Source: Candidatus Neptunichlamydia sp. (lineage in GTDB: Bacteria > Chlamydiota > Chlamydiia > Chlamydiales > Simkaniaceae). From it: a DNA stretch of 64,000 bases. This document shows, in pieces, positions 41,706 to 52,470 of the stretch. The stretch lies in the NCBI GenBank assembly GCA_965233865.1, contig OZ247587.1, forward strand, positions 480,001 to 544,000, given 5' to 3'. Under the pieces are notes generated by a model, which saw only the letters and a program-made list of their open reading frames with translations, was not told the origin of the DNA and made no database searches. Within the stretch, counting starts at the first letter, position 1. Every line of letters starts with the position of its first letter. A program made the position numbers and the translations under genes.

Positions 41706-41874
41706 TTGCGATAAGCTCCGAAACTTTATTAAAAAGTTATGATGTTAGCAAATAAAGTTTTTTTTTAAAATCAATATAAGTAAGAATTCAGTTTTAGGTA
41801 CACTGCCTATACAAGGAGCCGATGTTTCATCTGGAGTTCTGGGTGGTTCCAGCTCGAAATTTAGTTACTTAATT

Positions 41875-42228
41875 TTAATATGTTTTACGACTCCAGATGA
41901 AACGATTACTGAGAACTCCAGTGACCCAGATAATACTGCCTCCCCAAAGAGCCCCCCAAATGCTGGTGATATGGACTCCATAGGAGATCTCACTGGCCAA
42001 CCAGAAGGTGAAGGCATTGATAATGAGCAGAAAGAGACCTAAGGTGAAAATGGTAACAGGAAGGGTTAGGAGAGTCAGAATAGGCCGGACGCTAAAATTA
42101 ATCACGGCGAGTATGATACCGAAAAAGACAGCGTCTAATTCGTTTTCAACATGGAGGCCAGGCAAGAGATGGCCACAAAGAAGGACCACTATTGTCGTGA
42201 CAATGACTCGAATAATGAAGAGGATCAC
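41875..42228 (-). CDS. Phage holin family (4-TM, YvlD-like) membrane protein
   Basis: N.SVRPIL.LLTLP.TI.TLGLFL.IINA motif. Confidence 0.85.
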   Translation of the reverse strand: MILFIIRVIVTTIVVLLCGHLLPGLHVENELDAVFFGIILAVINFSVRPILTLLTLPVTIFTLGLFLLIINAFTFWLASEISYGVHITSIWGALWGGSIIWVTGVLSNRFIWSRKTY

Positions 42229-44162
42229 TTATGCTTCTCCAACGCAATATTAATGAGACTTCCTGCAAGGATCGAGGCACTCTCTCTTTGGGTGAGATTA
42301 TGAGCAACCTTGTAACTCTCATTTTTTGTTTTATTGAAGATCTCGAATTCATTGTCTTTTTCAATATGTTTCTGAACATCCTTGATTTCGATAATGTCTT
42401 CCTGAGAAATTTTATCGTGATCTGAAGGATTCACAAAAACCAGTGGAAGGATTCCAAAGTTACAAAGGTTCTTGCGATGGATGCGGGCATAGCTCTTAAC
42501 AATAACCGCTTTTACTCCCAGGTATCGAGGAGAAATGGCGGCATGTTCTCGACTGGAGCCTTGTCCATAATTACTACCACCAACAAGAACAGAACCTGAT
42601 TTTTGGAGTTTCATTGCTCTATCATAGTAGCTTTCGTCAACTTGCCCAAAAGTAAATTTACTAATCTCAGGAATATTGCTACGGAATGGGAGAACTTTGG
42701 TTCCTGCAGGTAGGATTTCATCAGTGGAAATATTATCCCCCATTTTAAGAAGGACAGGTCCTTTGATATGATCCTCTAACTTTTCAAAGGTTGGCAAAGG
42801 CTTGATGTTTGGCCCCATAATGAGTTCCATCTTTTCTCCCGGAGGAGAAATCTCATCAACAAGCTCTATCTTTTTTGGTTCTTTGTACTTAGGATAGGGC
42901 ATATCCAAAGTCCGTGGATCAGTAATCACACCAGTAATTGCTGAAGCAACAGCTGTTTCTGGGCTACACAAATAAACTTGGTCTTCCTTAGTTCCTGAAC
43001 GACCTGGGAAGTTCCTAGGATTGGTTCTAAGGCTAATCTTTCCAGAAGCGGGAGCTTGCCCCATCCCAATACATCCATTGCATCCCGTCTGGTGAATACG
43101 GGCTCCAGAACGGATCAAGGAGTTAAGATACCCCCCGGCTGTTAAGTTTTCTAGAATTTGTCTAGAAGAAGGATTGATATCAAAAGAGACTTGGTCTTGT
43201 GACTTGCGACCTTCAATAATCATTGCCGCAATAGCAAAGTCACGCATTCCTGGATTTGCAGAAGAACCAATCATTGATTGGAAGATCGGCTTTCCAGCAA
43301 CTTCTGATACTGAAACAACGTTGCCAGGGCTAGTGGGGCAAGCAATCAGGGGAATCAATTTCGAAAGTTCGATTTCATCATGTTCGTCATAGGTAGCATC
43401 CGGATCTGCTTTTAGCTCGAGCCAATCCTTTCCTCTCCCATGAAGCTCCATGAAACGCTTCGTCTCTTTGTCCGATGGAAAAACGCTTGTGGTAGCTCCA
43501 AGCTCAGCTCCCATATTTGTAATGACATGGCGGTCCATTGCTGATAAGTTGTCAAGACCGGGGCCATAATATTCTATGATTTTCCCCACTCCTCCAGAAA
43601 CGTCGTGTCTTCGTAGCATTTCCAGAATTACATCCTTAGCACTCACCCAATCAGGAAGCTTTCCTGTGAGTTTAACCCCCATAACTTTTGGCATGCTCAC
43701 ATAAAAGGGTTCGCCAGCAATTGCAAGTGCTACTTCAAGGCCTCCTGTTCCGATTGCAAGCATCCCTAAGCTTCCTGCTGCAGGAGTATGACTGTCTGAT
43801 CCTACCATGGTTTTACCTGGGATACCGAGCTTTTCCATGTGCACGGGATGGCTTACACCATTTCCTGCTTTACTAAACCAAAGACCAAACTTTCGCGTTG
43901 AACTCCATAAAAATAGATGATCGTCAGGATTCTTATAGTCGTTCTGAATAATGTTATGATCAACATACTGGCAAGAGATTTCAGTTTTGGGTTCTTTCAG
44001 CCCCATGGCTTCAAGCTCCAACATGACCATTGTTCCTGTTGCATCTTGCGTCAAGGTGTGATCAATTTTAATTCCAATCTCCTTCCCTGGAACCATTTCC
44101 CCTTCAACTAAATGACTTTCGATTAACTTTTGCGCAACATTTTTGCCCATTTGCTTTATCAC
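42225..44162 (-). CDS. Aconitate hydratase
   Basis: QDATG, DHN, GSDSHT, C.GCIGMGQ, RNFPGR, NYGQGSSREHAA. Confidence 0.93.
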   Translation of the reverse strand: MIKQMGKNVAQKLIESHLVEGEMVPGKEIGIKIDHTLTQDATGTMVMLELEAMGLKEPKTEISCQYVDHNIIQNDYKNPDDHLFLWSSTRKFGLWFSKAGNGVSHPVHMEKLGIPGKTMVGSDSHTPAAGSLGMLAIGTGGLEVALAIAGEPFYVSMPKVMGVKLTGKLPDWVSAKDVILEMLRRHDVSGGVGKIIEYYGPGLDNLSAMDRHVITNMGAELGATTSVFPSDKETKRFMELHGRGKDWLELKADPDATYDEHDEIELSKLIPLIACPTSPGNVVSVSEVAGKPIFQSMIGSSANPGMRDFAIAAMIIEGRKSQDQVSFDINPSSRQILENLTAGGYLNSLIRSGARIHQTGCNGCIGMGQAPASGKISLRTNPRNFPGRSGTKEDQVYLCSPETAVASAITGVITDPRTLDMPYPKYKEPKKIELVDEISPPGEKMELIMGPNIKPLPTFEKLEDHIKGPVLLKMGDNISTDEILPAGTKVLPFRSNIPEISKFTFGQVDESYYDRAMKLQKSGSVLVGGSNYGQGSSREHAAISPRYLGVKAVIVKSYARIHRKNLCNFGILPLVFVNPSDHDKISQEDIIEIKDVQKHIEKDNEFEIFNKTKNESYKVAHNLTQRESASILAGSLINIALEKHK

Positions 44163-44261
44163 CTATTTTCCTGATATTCCGCAGCATAACAAAGAGAGTT
44201 TTTTTCTCTAATAAATTTCTTTTTTATCTATAAGGGGTCCCTAAAAATGACATATTCACTA

Positions 44262-45106
44262 TATTGTGTAGACTCAAGTTTAAATTTGCGCTAAGCTGGT
44301 TTCTTAAACTTTCAAGGAGAGGTTTAGAGATGACCGTACTAGCGCACAGACGTCACGATATTTCAGATCGAATTTGGAAAAAACTTGAGCCTTGTCTTCC
44401 AGGAAGAAGAGGGGTGTGGGGAGGGGTAGCACAAGATAATCGGCGATTTATCAACGCGGTTTTTTGGATTATTCGTACCGGAGCTCCATGGCGTGACTTA
44501 CCTCCAGACTATGGGAACTGGGGAAATGTGCATCGTCGTTTTATCCGTTGGAGGAATAAAGGTGTCTGGGAACTTCTTCTGGAAAAAGTAGTGGACGATC
44601 CTGATTACGAGTGGTTAATGATCGATGCAACCCATATCAAAGTTCACCCTCACGCAGCAGGTGCACAAGGTGGCAATCAAGATATGGCTCGGACAAAAGG
44701 GGGCTCAACACGAAATTACATTTGGCCGTGGATTCGCATGGTATGCCGGTCAGAGCGATTATTACGTCAGGTACTCAATCAGACTACCTTCAGGCCAAAC
44801 ACCTAATAGAGGGAATTAACGCCGATTACCTACTAGCAGATCGGGGTTATGACAGCGATGCAATCGTAACTCAAGCGATCTCTCAAGGAATAAAGGCGGT
44901 TATCCCTCCCAGAAAAAATAAGAAAAGCAAGAGAGCTTATGGTAAGCATCTCTATAAATTGAGACATCTTGTAGAAAATGCTTTTTTACATTTGAAGCGA
45001 TGGAGAGGAATTGCTACACGCTATGCTAAGCACACATCTTTTTTCTTGGCTGCGGTTCAGATCAAATGTTTGGCTTTATGGGTGGAAATCTCGTGACTAC
45101 ACTATC
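44262..45106 (+). mobile_element. IS5-family (IS427-like) element, apparently complete
   Basis: orfA from 44330 and orfB to 45096 with an AAAAGGGGG slip site at 44695-44703; imperfect terminal IRs; flanking TA duplication reconstructs a CTAG target. Confidence 0.9.
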
Positions 45107-45152
45107 TAGAGTGTTTTTCCTGTCTAAACTTCCATCATCTAGAAGACTCAGG

Positions 45153-46004
45153 TTATAAAGGAGAAGGGGCAGACCGGGTTCGCCAATACAGGGGACCGTA
45201 ACAATATGTCATTTGGGTCCCTTTCGGAATAAACTTGTTAGAGAAGAGGATGATGTGAGTGATTCCATTATTGATCACCCATCGGGAAGTAAGATTTGGG
45301 GTGTCACTATGGTTAAGAAAGCGCGTGAAATTGCCGATTGACTTAGCATCGATGCTCCAACGTGTTGCTTTCCCGCAAAGATCGTAGCTAAAAACATAGT
45401 CATTAAAGCGGTTTTTACGGTTGTTCTTCCTTTCTACAATTCCAGTATACTCCCCTATGTAGGTATTAGCAGGAATATCAGTAGCAGCATAAACGCCATA
45501 GCCGAGATAGCGATTAATCCAACGAACATAATAGAAGTTTTCTCGATGAAGGCCTATTGATTTTTTATGGAGACAAAGAGTCCAGTGATTCATCTGTCTG
45601 AGATTAGTTTTCTTCATCTTTCGGGCGCATTTTTTAGCAACTTTGTAAATCATCTCAGAAGAATCAAAGATTAGAGAATCAGAATAGGTCATTTCGAGCC
45701 GCTCTTCAAATTCTTTTATTGGCATGGGGAATGTTTTTTCATCCCGGTTGCGGTAGACGAGAATTGAGCGGTCTTCTTCTTGCACAAGAGCATTTTTTTG
45801 ATTCAGAAACTTGGTCAAAGAAAGGGGCGTCAGCCCCCATTTATCAGAAAGAGATTTAGCGCCTTTTTTGAGAAGGAATTCGACTAAATCTGGGCGATTT
45901 TCTATGACAGCAAGATGGAGAAGGGTTCTCCCCTTCTTTGTCTTTTGATTGACTCCCCACTCCCCTTTCTTAAATGCCGCAAAAAGGGAGGCCAATTGTT
46001 TCAT
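45153..46004 (-). CDS. Ankyrin-repeat plus SET-domain lysine methyltransferase
   Basis: GRTLLHLAV...LVEFLLKKGA, GLTPL; SET motifs GYGVYA, IGEYTG, RFLNHS.TPN, TYCYG; start chosen at the ATGA overlap with the DASS gene. Confidence 0.88.
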   Translation of the reverse strand: MKQLASLFAAFKKGEWGVNQKTKKGRTLLHLAVIENRPDLVEFLLKKGAKSLSDKWGLTPLSLTKFLNQKNALVQEEDRSILVYRNRDEKTFPMPIKEFEERLEMTYSDSLIFDSSEMIYKVAKKCARKMKKTNLRQMNHWTLCLHKKSIGLHRENFYYVRWINRYLGYGVYAATDIPANTYIGEYTGIVERKNNRKNRFNDYVFSYDLCGKATRWSIDAKSIGNFTRFLNHSDTPNLTSRWVINNGITHIILFSNKFIPKGTQMTYCYGPLYWRTRSAPSPL

Positions 46005-47413
46005 AGATGTCCAAGAATCTTCCACCATCCTGTCCCGATAGTGAAGTATATAAGGATGTTGATAAGACTTGCAAAAAGACCAAACTTCCACCAATCAGTG
46101 ATTTTTATATATCCAGATCCAAAGAAAATCGGTGCGGGGCCGCATCCATAGTGGGTAATTCCTCCCATCATGTTACTAAAGAATCCGAGTGTTAGCGCAG
46201 AAATCATGGGGGGGGCTCCAAGAGCAACCATCAAAACCAAAAATGCTGAATACATTGATCCGATATGTGCCACGACGCTAGCAAAGAAATAGTGGCTATA
46301 AAAATATACTAAAGCAAGTATGATAAAAGCTGTGAACCAAGGAAACCCTTGGACATGTCCTTGAACAAACCCACTAAACCATGTGGTTAAACCCAATTTA
46401 TTGAGGTAGGTTGCCATCATGATAAGGGTAGCAAACCACATTAATGTATTCCAGGCTCCTTTTTCTTTTATGACATCATCCCATGAAAGAACTGAGGTCA
46501 GAAGGAGAATCACAAGACCAATTAGAGCTGCAATCACAGCTGGCATTGCAATAAAAGGGCCTAAAATCCATAGAGTGATAAGGAGGACAAAAGAAAAAAT
46601 CATGATGCATTCTTGAACACGCATTTTACCCATTTCCTTAAGCTTTTCAACTGCAAATGAGCGCGCATTCGGAGTTTCTTTCACCTCTGGGGGATAAACT
46701 TTATACAGAAATAGTGGAATTACTCCCAAACAAACCAGCCCTGGAACTGAAGCAGCAAGGGCCCAACCGCCCCAAGTAATATTTACTCCTATTCCTCCTG
46801 CAATCTCAGCAACAAGAGGATTACCAGCCATAGAAGTCAAAAACATTCCACTTGTGATAATAGACCCTTGAAACGTCGCTTTCATTAAGAAAGAACCTAG
46901 TCGTCTAGGGTGGCTATAAGGTTCACTTCCAAAGGCCTTAGCAAGCGAATTCACGATAGGATATATAATTCCACCTACTCGGGCAGTAACACTGGGGATT
47001 GCTGGGGCTAAAACCAGATCTGTCAAGATCATCCCGTACCCCATTCCTAGTGTGCTTTTTCCAAGGTATTTGATGATAATATAAGCAATACGCTCACCTA
47101 GACCAGTCTTGATGAACCCTCTAGAGATAAAGAAGGCAATTACAATCAGCCAGACAATAGGGTGAACAAAGCCACTAAAGGCCTGATCAAAAGTCAACGT
47201 TTTTGACGCAGCAGTAAGGACTAGCCCTACAAATGCAAAAGTCCCTATTGGAACGGGGCGTAGAATGATTCCGATCACGGTAAAGATAAAAATTGCAAAC
47301 ATATGCATTGCTTGCGAAGTGACTCCGTTAGGAGGCGTGAGGTTCCAAATAAATGCACCAATAATGATACTTAGGGCAAAGGAAAGAATTTTTTTATTAA
47401 AGACTCTAGACAT
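46001..47413 (-). CDS. DASS family dicarboxylate/anion transporter
   Basis: KTGLGERIA, IPSVTARVGG, FLTSMAGNPL, HYFFAS..AH, THYG.GPAPIFFG. Confidence 0.93.
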   Translation of the reverse strand: MSRVFNKKILSFALSIIIGAFIWNLTPPNGVTSQAMHMFAIFIFTVIGIILRPVPIGTFAFVGLVLTAASKTLTFDQAFSGFVHPIVWLIVIAFFISRGFIKTGLGERIAYIIIKYLGKSTLGMGYGMILTDLVLAPAIPSVTARVGGIIYPIVNSLAKAFGSEPYSHPRRLGSFLMKATFQGSIITSGMFLTSMAGNPLVAEIAGGIGVNITWGGWALAASVPGLVCLGVIPLFLYKVYPPEVKETPNARSFAVEKLKEMGKMRVQECIMIFSFVLLITLWILGPFIAMPAVIAALIGLVILLLTSVLSWDDVIKEKGAWNTLMWFATLIMMATYLNKLGLTTWFSGFVQGHVQGFPWFTAFIILALVYFYSHYFFASVVAHIGSMYSAFLVLMVALGAPPMISALTLGFFSNMMGGITHYGCGPAPIFFGSGYIKITDWWKFGLFASLINILIYFTIGTGWWKILGHL

Positions 47414-47479
47414 ATGGTTAACAACTTCTGTAACATTAGCAAAAAGACAAAGTTTAGAAAGCAGAAATATTTTACGCAA

Positions 47480-48112
47480 ATGAAAAATACACTTTTTATC
47501 CCAGAACAGAAAACTCTACACTTTTATCTGCCTCCTCATACGGTGACTTGGAAACAAGATTTTTCTCACCTAAGGAAGGGGCTTTTAAAGAATGACCTGG
47601 AGACCTTCTTAGTTCTTTATTCCTTAGCAGAAACAGATCCAAAAAAAGCTAAGAAAGAAGCCGAGATTTTCCAAAATAACTATCCTGATCATCCTGAAGT
47701 ACTCAATCTATTGTCTTATTTGAATATTCGTAGAAAGAGAATCCGACAAGCTGAAAGGCTTATTGATGAGAATTTTCAAAAAAATCCAGACTATCTTTTT
47801 GCCCGAATTAATTACGCTGATTTGTGTTTAAGACGTAAGAAACTTCAAAAAATCCCTGAACTTTTCAATTTCAAATTTAATTTAAGAGATTTCTGCCCGG
47901 ATAAAAAAATGTTTCACATCTCCGAGTTTCGGGGATTTATGGTGATGATGGGGCACTATCATTTACTGATCCAAAAACGCGAAGCTGCAGAGTGTTATCA
48001 TTATTTGGCGCACCACGTAGATCCACGCCACCCGAATACAAAAATTCTACAGAAAAAACTTTATTATAAACCTTTCTATAAAAGGTTAATTCAAAAGCTT
48101 TCAATTCCTTGA
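47480..48112 (+). CDS. TPR-like hypothetical protein
   Basis: YPDHPEVLN, NFQKNPDYLFARINYA helical repeat pattern. Confidence 0.6.
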   Translation: MKNTLFIPEQKTLHFYLPPHTVTWKQDFSHLRKGLLKNDLETFLVLYSLAETDPKKAKKEAEIFQNNYPDHPEVLNLLSYLNIRRKRIRQAERLIDENFQKNPDYLFARINYADLCLRRKKLQKIPELFNFKFNLRDFCPDKKMFHISEFRGFMVMMGHYHLLIQKREAAECYHYLAHHVDPRHPNTKILQKKLYYKPFYKRLIQKLSIP

Positions 48113-48222
48113 ATTGAAAAACAAACTTGTAAACAATAATAATTATAACTATATAAAAATTATTTATTACCTGTAAATAACATCCTTTATCCTATTTTAG
48201 GAAGAAATTAGAAGCCTGGGCT

Positions 48223-49656
48223 CTAAAGGCAGAAAAAATTTTCAATGGATGAAAGAATAGATTCCTCGTCTAGCGGGCGATCAAGCCAACCTTTGAGTTG
48301 GCGGAGCGCCTGCTGAGAAAACATCTCATAACCATAGACAACTTTTCCCCCTTTGTTTTGACCGACATTAAGAAATTTTGTCTCTTTTGGGCTCATAATC
48401 ACATCAAAGATAACTTTTTTCTCTCCGATTTCTTTAGCAGCAATAGGAAGGCTTTGAATATTAGGAGACATTCCAATGGGGGTTGTGTTGATGATAATAT
48501 CGTAATCAGGGACTTTATCAAGAGAAATGGCGACTCCTCCAATTTTGCTAGCAAGAATCTCTCCTTTCTTTTGCGTTCGATTAGCAATCATTATCTTTCC
48601 TCCTCGATCTGCAGCAGCATGAGCAATGCCCATTGCCGCTCCTCCAGCGCCAATGATTAAAAGAGTCTTTCCGTGGACCCCGCCTTTTTTTTCAAGCGCG
48701 TCTAATGCTCCTTCTCCATCCGTGTTGGTTCCATACCAGTTTTTCTCTCTTTTTATGAGTGTATTGACCGCTCCCATGGATTTTGCCTTTGTGTCTATCT
48801 TCTCAAGGTGAGGAGTAACATGCTCTTTAAGAGGCATAGTCACACTAAATCCAAAGAAGGGCAGCGAGGAGATCTCCTTAAAAAAGAGAGGGATTTCCGA
48901 TGGATTTATTCGAAATTTCACATAAACAGCATTCTCTTTTTCCTTCTTGAAGATATGATTGTGGCACAAGTGACCAATACTTTTGCTTACAGGATCTCCA
49001 ATCAGGGCGTAGATCCTCGTTTCTCTATTGAGCTGATGGAAGTGGTAGAGTTCGCAAAGCTCCACTATCGAAGTCTGCCCAGAAGCTACGGCTTTTCCAA
49101 TCGATGCATAAACCAATGGAGAATCAATAACGGGACCCAAAATTCGAGTAATTTTCCCCTCTTCCCCCATGCACATTCCTGCAACTCCATGCTTTTTAGA
49201 AAAGTTAAGCATTCTGAGAGAATCGATAGAGGAGTTAGCCATTGTAGAAATTTTCTTTATTACTGCGGGAAATCGCTCCATTTGAGCAAGGACTTCCTCT
49301 AAATTATCTGGCGTTTTTTCAAAGTCATGATACGAGGAGATGATCGAGATACCTGGGATTTTATCAGCAAAGACGCAATCGTATTCCAAATCGACATATT
49401 CTGGCTTCAATGTGAGAAGTTCGAGAAGTTTTTCTTCCCTCTCACTTTCGCTTCCAGAAAATGCCCCACCCTGATCCTTGCGCCGCAGGGTGAAAATCAA
49501 AGGAAGTTTCGAGAGATTTTTAAGCTTAGAAATATGGCCTAAATCATTTTTCTCTAGAAGATCGAGGCGAAGTTCAATGAGTTCTCCATATCTTTGACCT
49601 TCTTGAATGGATTTTTTTGCTTCATCAAAACTTCCCTGAGCTGAAATAACTAACAT
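48223..49656 (-). CDS. aroDE: Bifunctional type I 3-dehydroquinase / shikimate dehydrogenase
   Basis: ELRLD, SYHDF, MGEEG..TR; then IGDPV..S, SVTMPLK, AVNT, NTDG, GAGGAA, NRT, NTTPIGM. Confidence 0.93.
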   Translation of the reverse strand: MLVISAQGSFDEAKKSIQEGQRYGELIELRLDLLEKNDLGHISKLKNLSKLPLIFTLRRKDQGGAFSGSESEREEKLLELLTLKPEYVDLEYDCVFADKIPGISIISSYHDFEKTPDNLEEVLAQMERFPAVIKKISTMANSSIDSLRMLNFSKKHGVAGMCMGEEGKITRILGPVIDSPLVYASIGKAVASGQTSIVELCELYHFHQLNRETRIYALIGDPVSKSIGHLCHNHIFKKEKENAVYVKFRINPSEIPLFFKEISSLPFFGFSVTMPLKEHVTPHLEKIDTKAKSMGAVNTLIKREKNWYGTNTDGEGALDALEKKGGVHGKTLLIIGAGGAAMGIAHAAADRGGKIMIANRTQKKGEILASKIGGVAISLDKVPDYDIIINTTPIGMSPNIQSLPIAAKEIGEKKVIFDVIMSPKETKFLNVGQNKGGKVVYGYEMFSQQALRQLKGWLDRPLDEESILSSIENFFCL

Positions 49657-49659
49657 GTC

Positions 49660-50469
49660 TTAATTCTCTTTCATTGTTTCAATAAAACAATTCGTCATTT
49701 TTTGCCTTTCCCTAAGGATTTCTTTCCCTAAAAAGGATTGGCAGTTATAGAAGAATGTCTCAAACGCCTGAGCATCCTTCTTTTTAACAATCTCTCGAAG
49801 GGTTTTAAAAGCCCCTTCAAATGACTTAAGCAGGGAGACAAAGTGTGGGTTTTCAAATTGGATGGCTTTATAAAGCTCTAGTGATTGACCTAAGATTCTC
49901 CCTGCGATATGAAGCTGCATTTTGTACACTAGAGTAGCCATTTGTAATAGCTCTTTTGGATCAACTCCCTTTTGGCGGAGGGTTTCTGCAAAAAGAAGCG
50001 AGCAAAAATGGACTAGACTCTGAACGAGTGCCATCATTTCATCATGCGCCTTGGGTTCAATTTCAACCCCTTTTGCACCCTCAGTTTTGATAAGACCTCT
50101 GATCCAAGGAAGCCACGTTCCAGGGCGGAGTGGGCAAAGAATGATTGTCTGACCCTCAATAGAGGAGACGCTAGGTCTAAATAATGGATGCAATCCAACC
50201 ACTGACCCCTTAGAGCACATCATGGCCTTGCAAGGCCCTTCCTTAAGGGATGTGAAATCCATGAGCAAATGGCTCTCTTTGATGTGAGGCAGAAGCTCCT
50301 CAATCACCTTTTCTATAGTCTCGATAGGAACGCTGAAGACAATGATATCACAGGATTTTGCAGTTTCCATTGGATCTAAGTAAGTTATGACTTCATCAAC
50401 ATGACGCTCAAAAATAGGGGTAAATAGCTTCCCCATCTTTCCTTCGCCACCAACGATCCCTAATCTCAT
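49660..50469 (-). CDS. tyrA: Prephenate dehydrogenase, possibly decaying
   Basis: VGG.GKMG, DFTSLK, HPLFRP (normally HPxFGP), HDEMMALVQ. Confidence 0.85.
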   Translation of the reverse strand: MRLGIVGGEGKMGKLFTPIFERHVDEVITYLDPMETAKSCDIIVFSVPIETIEKVIEELLPHIKESHLLMDFTSLKEGPCKAMMCSKGSVVGLHPLFRPSVSSIEGQTIILCPLRPGTWLPWIRGLIKTEGAKGVEIEPKAHDEMMALVQSLVHFCSLLFAETLRQKGVDPKELLQMATLVYKMQLHIAGRILGQSLELYKAIQFENPHFVSLLKSFEGAFKTLREIVKKKDAQAFETFFYNCQSFLGKEILRERQKMTNCFIETMKEN

Positions 50470-50737
50470 GTATCACTCCCTTGACTATTCCGGCTTTTTA
50501 TGTTACAATAATGTTTATAAATAGGAAGGTTTTTGTGAAAAAACATGAGAAGCACCAGATTCGATCCTCTCTAGCAGCAAAAGGGTCTCTTTTTGCTAGC
50601 GCTTCTTCTTATTTCTATGGCGCTTAAGCGCGCCTTTTAAACTATACCCCATTCCAGATCTATACTTTACCACTTAGTATCACAAACCACAGCTTGCAAT
50701 AGTCATCGTTGGATTACTCAAATATGAGGAAAGAAAA

Positions 50738-52025
50738 ATGTTAATTACTCTGAAAGAAGAAGCGCTAAAAAGAGAGATAGAATCGCTCATTCTGTGGCTT
50801 GTATCCTGCGGGCTGCACCCCCAACTCTCACAACTAGATGAAATGCCAATTATTGGTATTGAGAAGAATCTTTCTGAGAAACTTAATAATGAACTGAGAA
50901 GCAATCCGATTGTTGCGGATCTTATTGAGACAAACCTCCCCTACAAAATGGTGAGTCGAGCGGTTAAAAACACACCGACAGTCATCCAAATTGGAGACGC
51001 TAAAATTGGAGGAGATGAAATCACTATAATTACAGGTCCTTGCGCTATTGAAAGCGAGGAGCAACTCGTTCAAACCGCTCTAGGACTTAAAAAATGGTGT
51101 GAAAATCCTTAGAGCTTCAGCCTTCAAACCCCGCAGTTCACCTTACAGCTTCCAGGAGATGGGCGTCGAAGGGCTTAAAATACATAAGCGAGCCAAAGAA
51201 AAACACGGTCTTCTAATTGAAACAGAAGTCATGGATCTCCGCGATGTGACAATCACTGCTGATCATGTTGATATCCTTCGTGTTGGAGCACGCAATATGC
51301 AAAATTTCGACCTTCTTAAAGAACTTGAAAAGTGCAACAAGCCGGTCATTCTCAAAAGAAGCATGTCAGCAACAATCGAAGAATGGCTTCTCAGTGCTGA
51401 GTACATCATGGCTCATGGAAACCACCGTGTGATTCTATGTGAGCGTGGAATCCGCACTTTCAAAACGGCAACAAGAAGCACACTGGACCTTAGCAGTATT
51501 GCGATTGTGAAGCAGCTAACGCATCTTCCAATCATTGTCGATCTCTCACATGCAGCAAGGCGTAGTGATATTATCCCGGCACTTTCTCTGGGTGCTATAG
51601 CAACAGGGGCTGATGGTCTTCTCATAGAAGTCCACTACAAGCCAAAAGAGTCTCGATGCGACCAGAGGCAGGCATTTTCTCTTGATGAATTCCATGCGAT
51701 TGCAACCGACATTGAAAAGGTTGCGAAAGTAATGGGGAAAAAATATAGCAGGAGAGAAGTAATGGAACTTGAAAAAATGCGTGAACAGATAGAAGGGATC
51801 AATGGAGAAATCATTACCCTTTTAGCAAAACGAAAGGCTCTGACACTGAAGATTTCTGAGCTAAAAAAGAAAGAAAAAATGCCTACCTATGATCCTGTCC
51901 GAGAGAAGAAACAAAGGATGGCGATTAGCATCAAGGCGCGGGCAAACAATCTGAATCAGGAAGCAGTTCTTTCCTTTTTTGATAATTTTGTCGCCTATTG
52001 CAGACAAGAAGTGGAGAATCATTAG
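50738..52025 (+). pseudogene. aroF: DAHP synthase (class I-beta), frameshifted, reading into a chorismate mutase domain
   Basis: GPCAIESEEQ in ORF1; frame change near 51090-51099; AFKPRSS, GARNMQNF, CERGIRTF in ORF2; CM domain LEKMREQIE...DPVRE with its own RBS and ATG at 51762. Confidence 0.88.
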
Positions 52026-52470
52026 GAATCATTACACTAGGTCCTGAAGGAACATTTTCACATCAAGTGGCAATGAAGCTATACCCAAAGAAAAAACTAG
52101 CGTTTGCTTCATCTATTGATGAGATTTTTATAAGACTTGCAGACCCTCAATTTTTGGAAGAGATTGTTCCCATGGAAAATACGGTATCCGAGTTTGTTGA
52201 AGAAACGATTTTTAATCTCATGAAATACGATTTCTCACTTGTCAGAAAAATTATTTTTCCCGTTTCCTTTAACCTCGTTGGCGTAGACGAAGAGATTGAG
52301 TACCTTTATGCGCAGCCCCATGCTCTTATGCAGTGTCGAGCATCAGTGAGAAAAAAGTGCCCTCAAGTGAAGATCCTTGAAACTCTGAGCAATGCTCTTT
52401 CAGCAATTCAGTATCAGGCCAACCCTAAAAATAGCGCTGCCCTTGTTTCTACGTTTTCTCAACAATACTA

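Noticed and set aside
41875..42228. Prophage suggested by a holin-family gene
   Set aside because: No phage genes nearby; this family is commonly chromosomal and is coupled to aconitase here
44234..44247. GGGGTCC resembling a Tn3 end
   Set aside because: The match is only 7 bp and lacks the rest of the 38-bp IR
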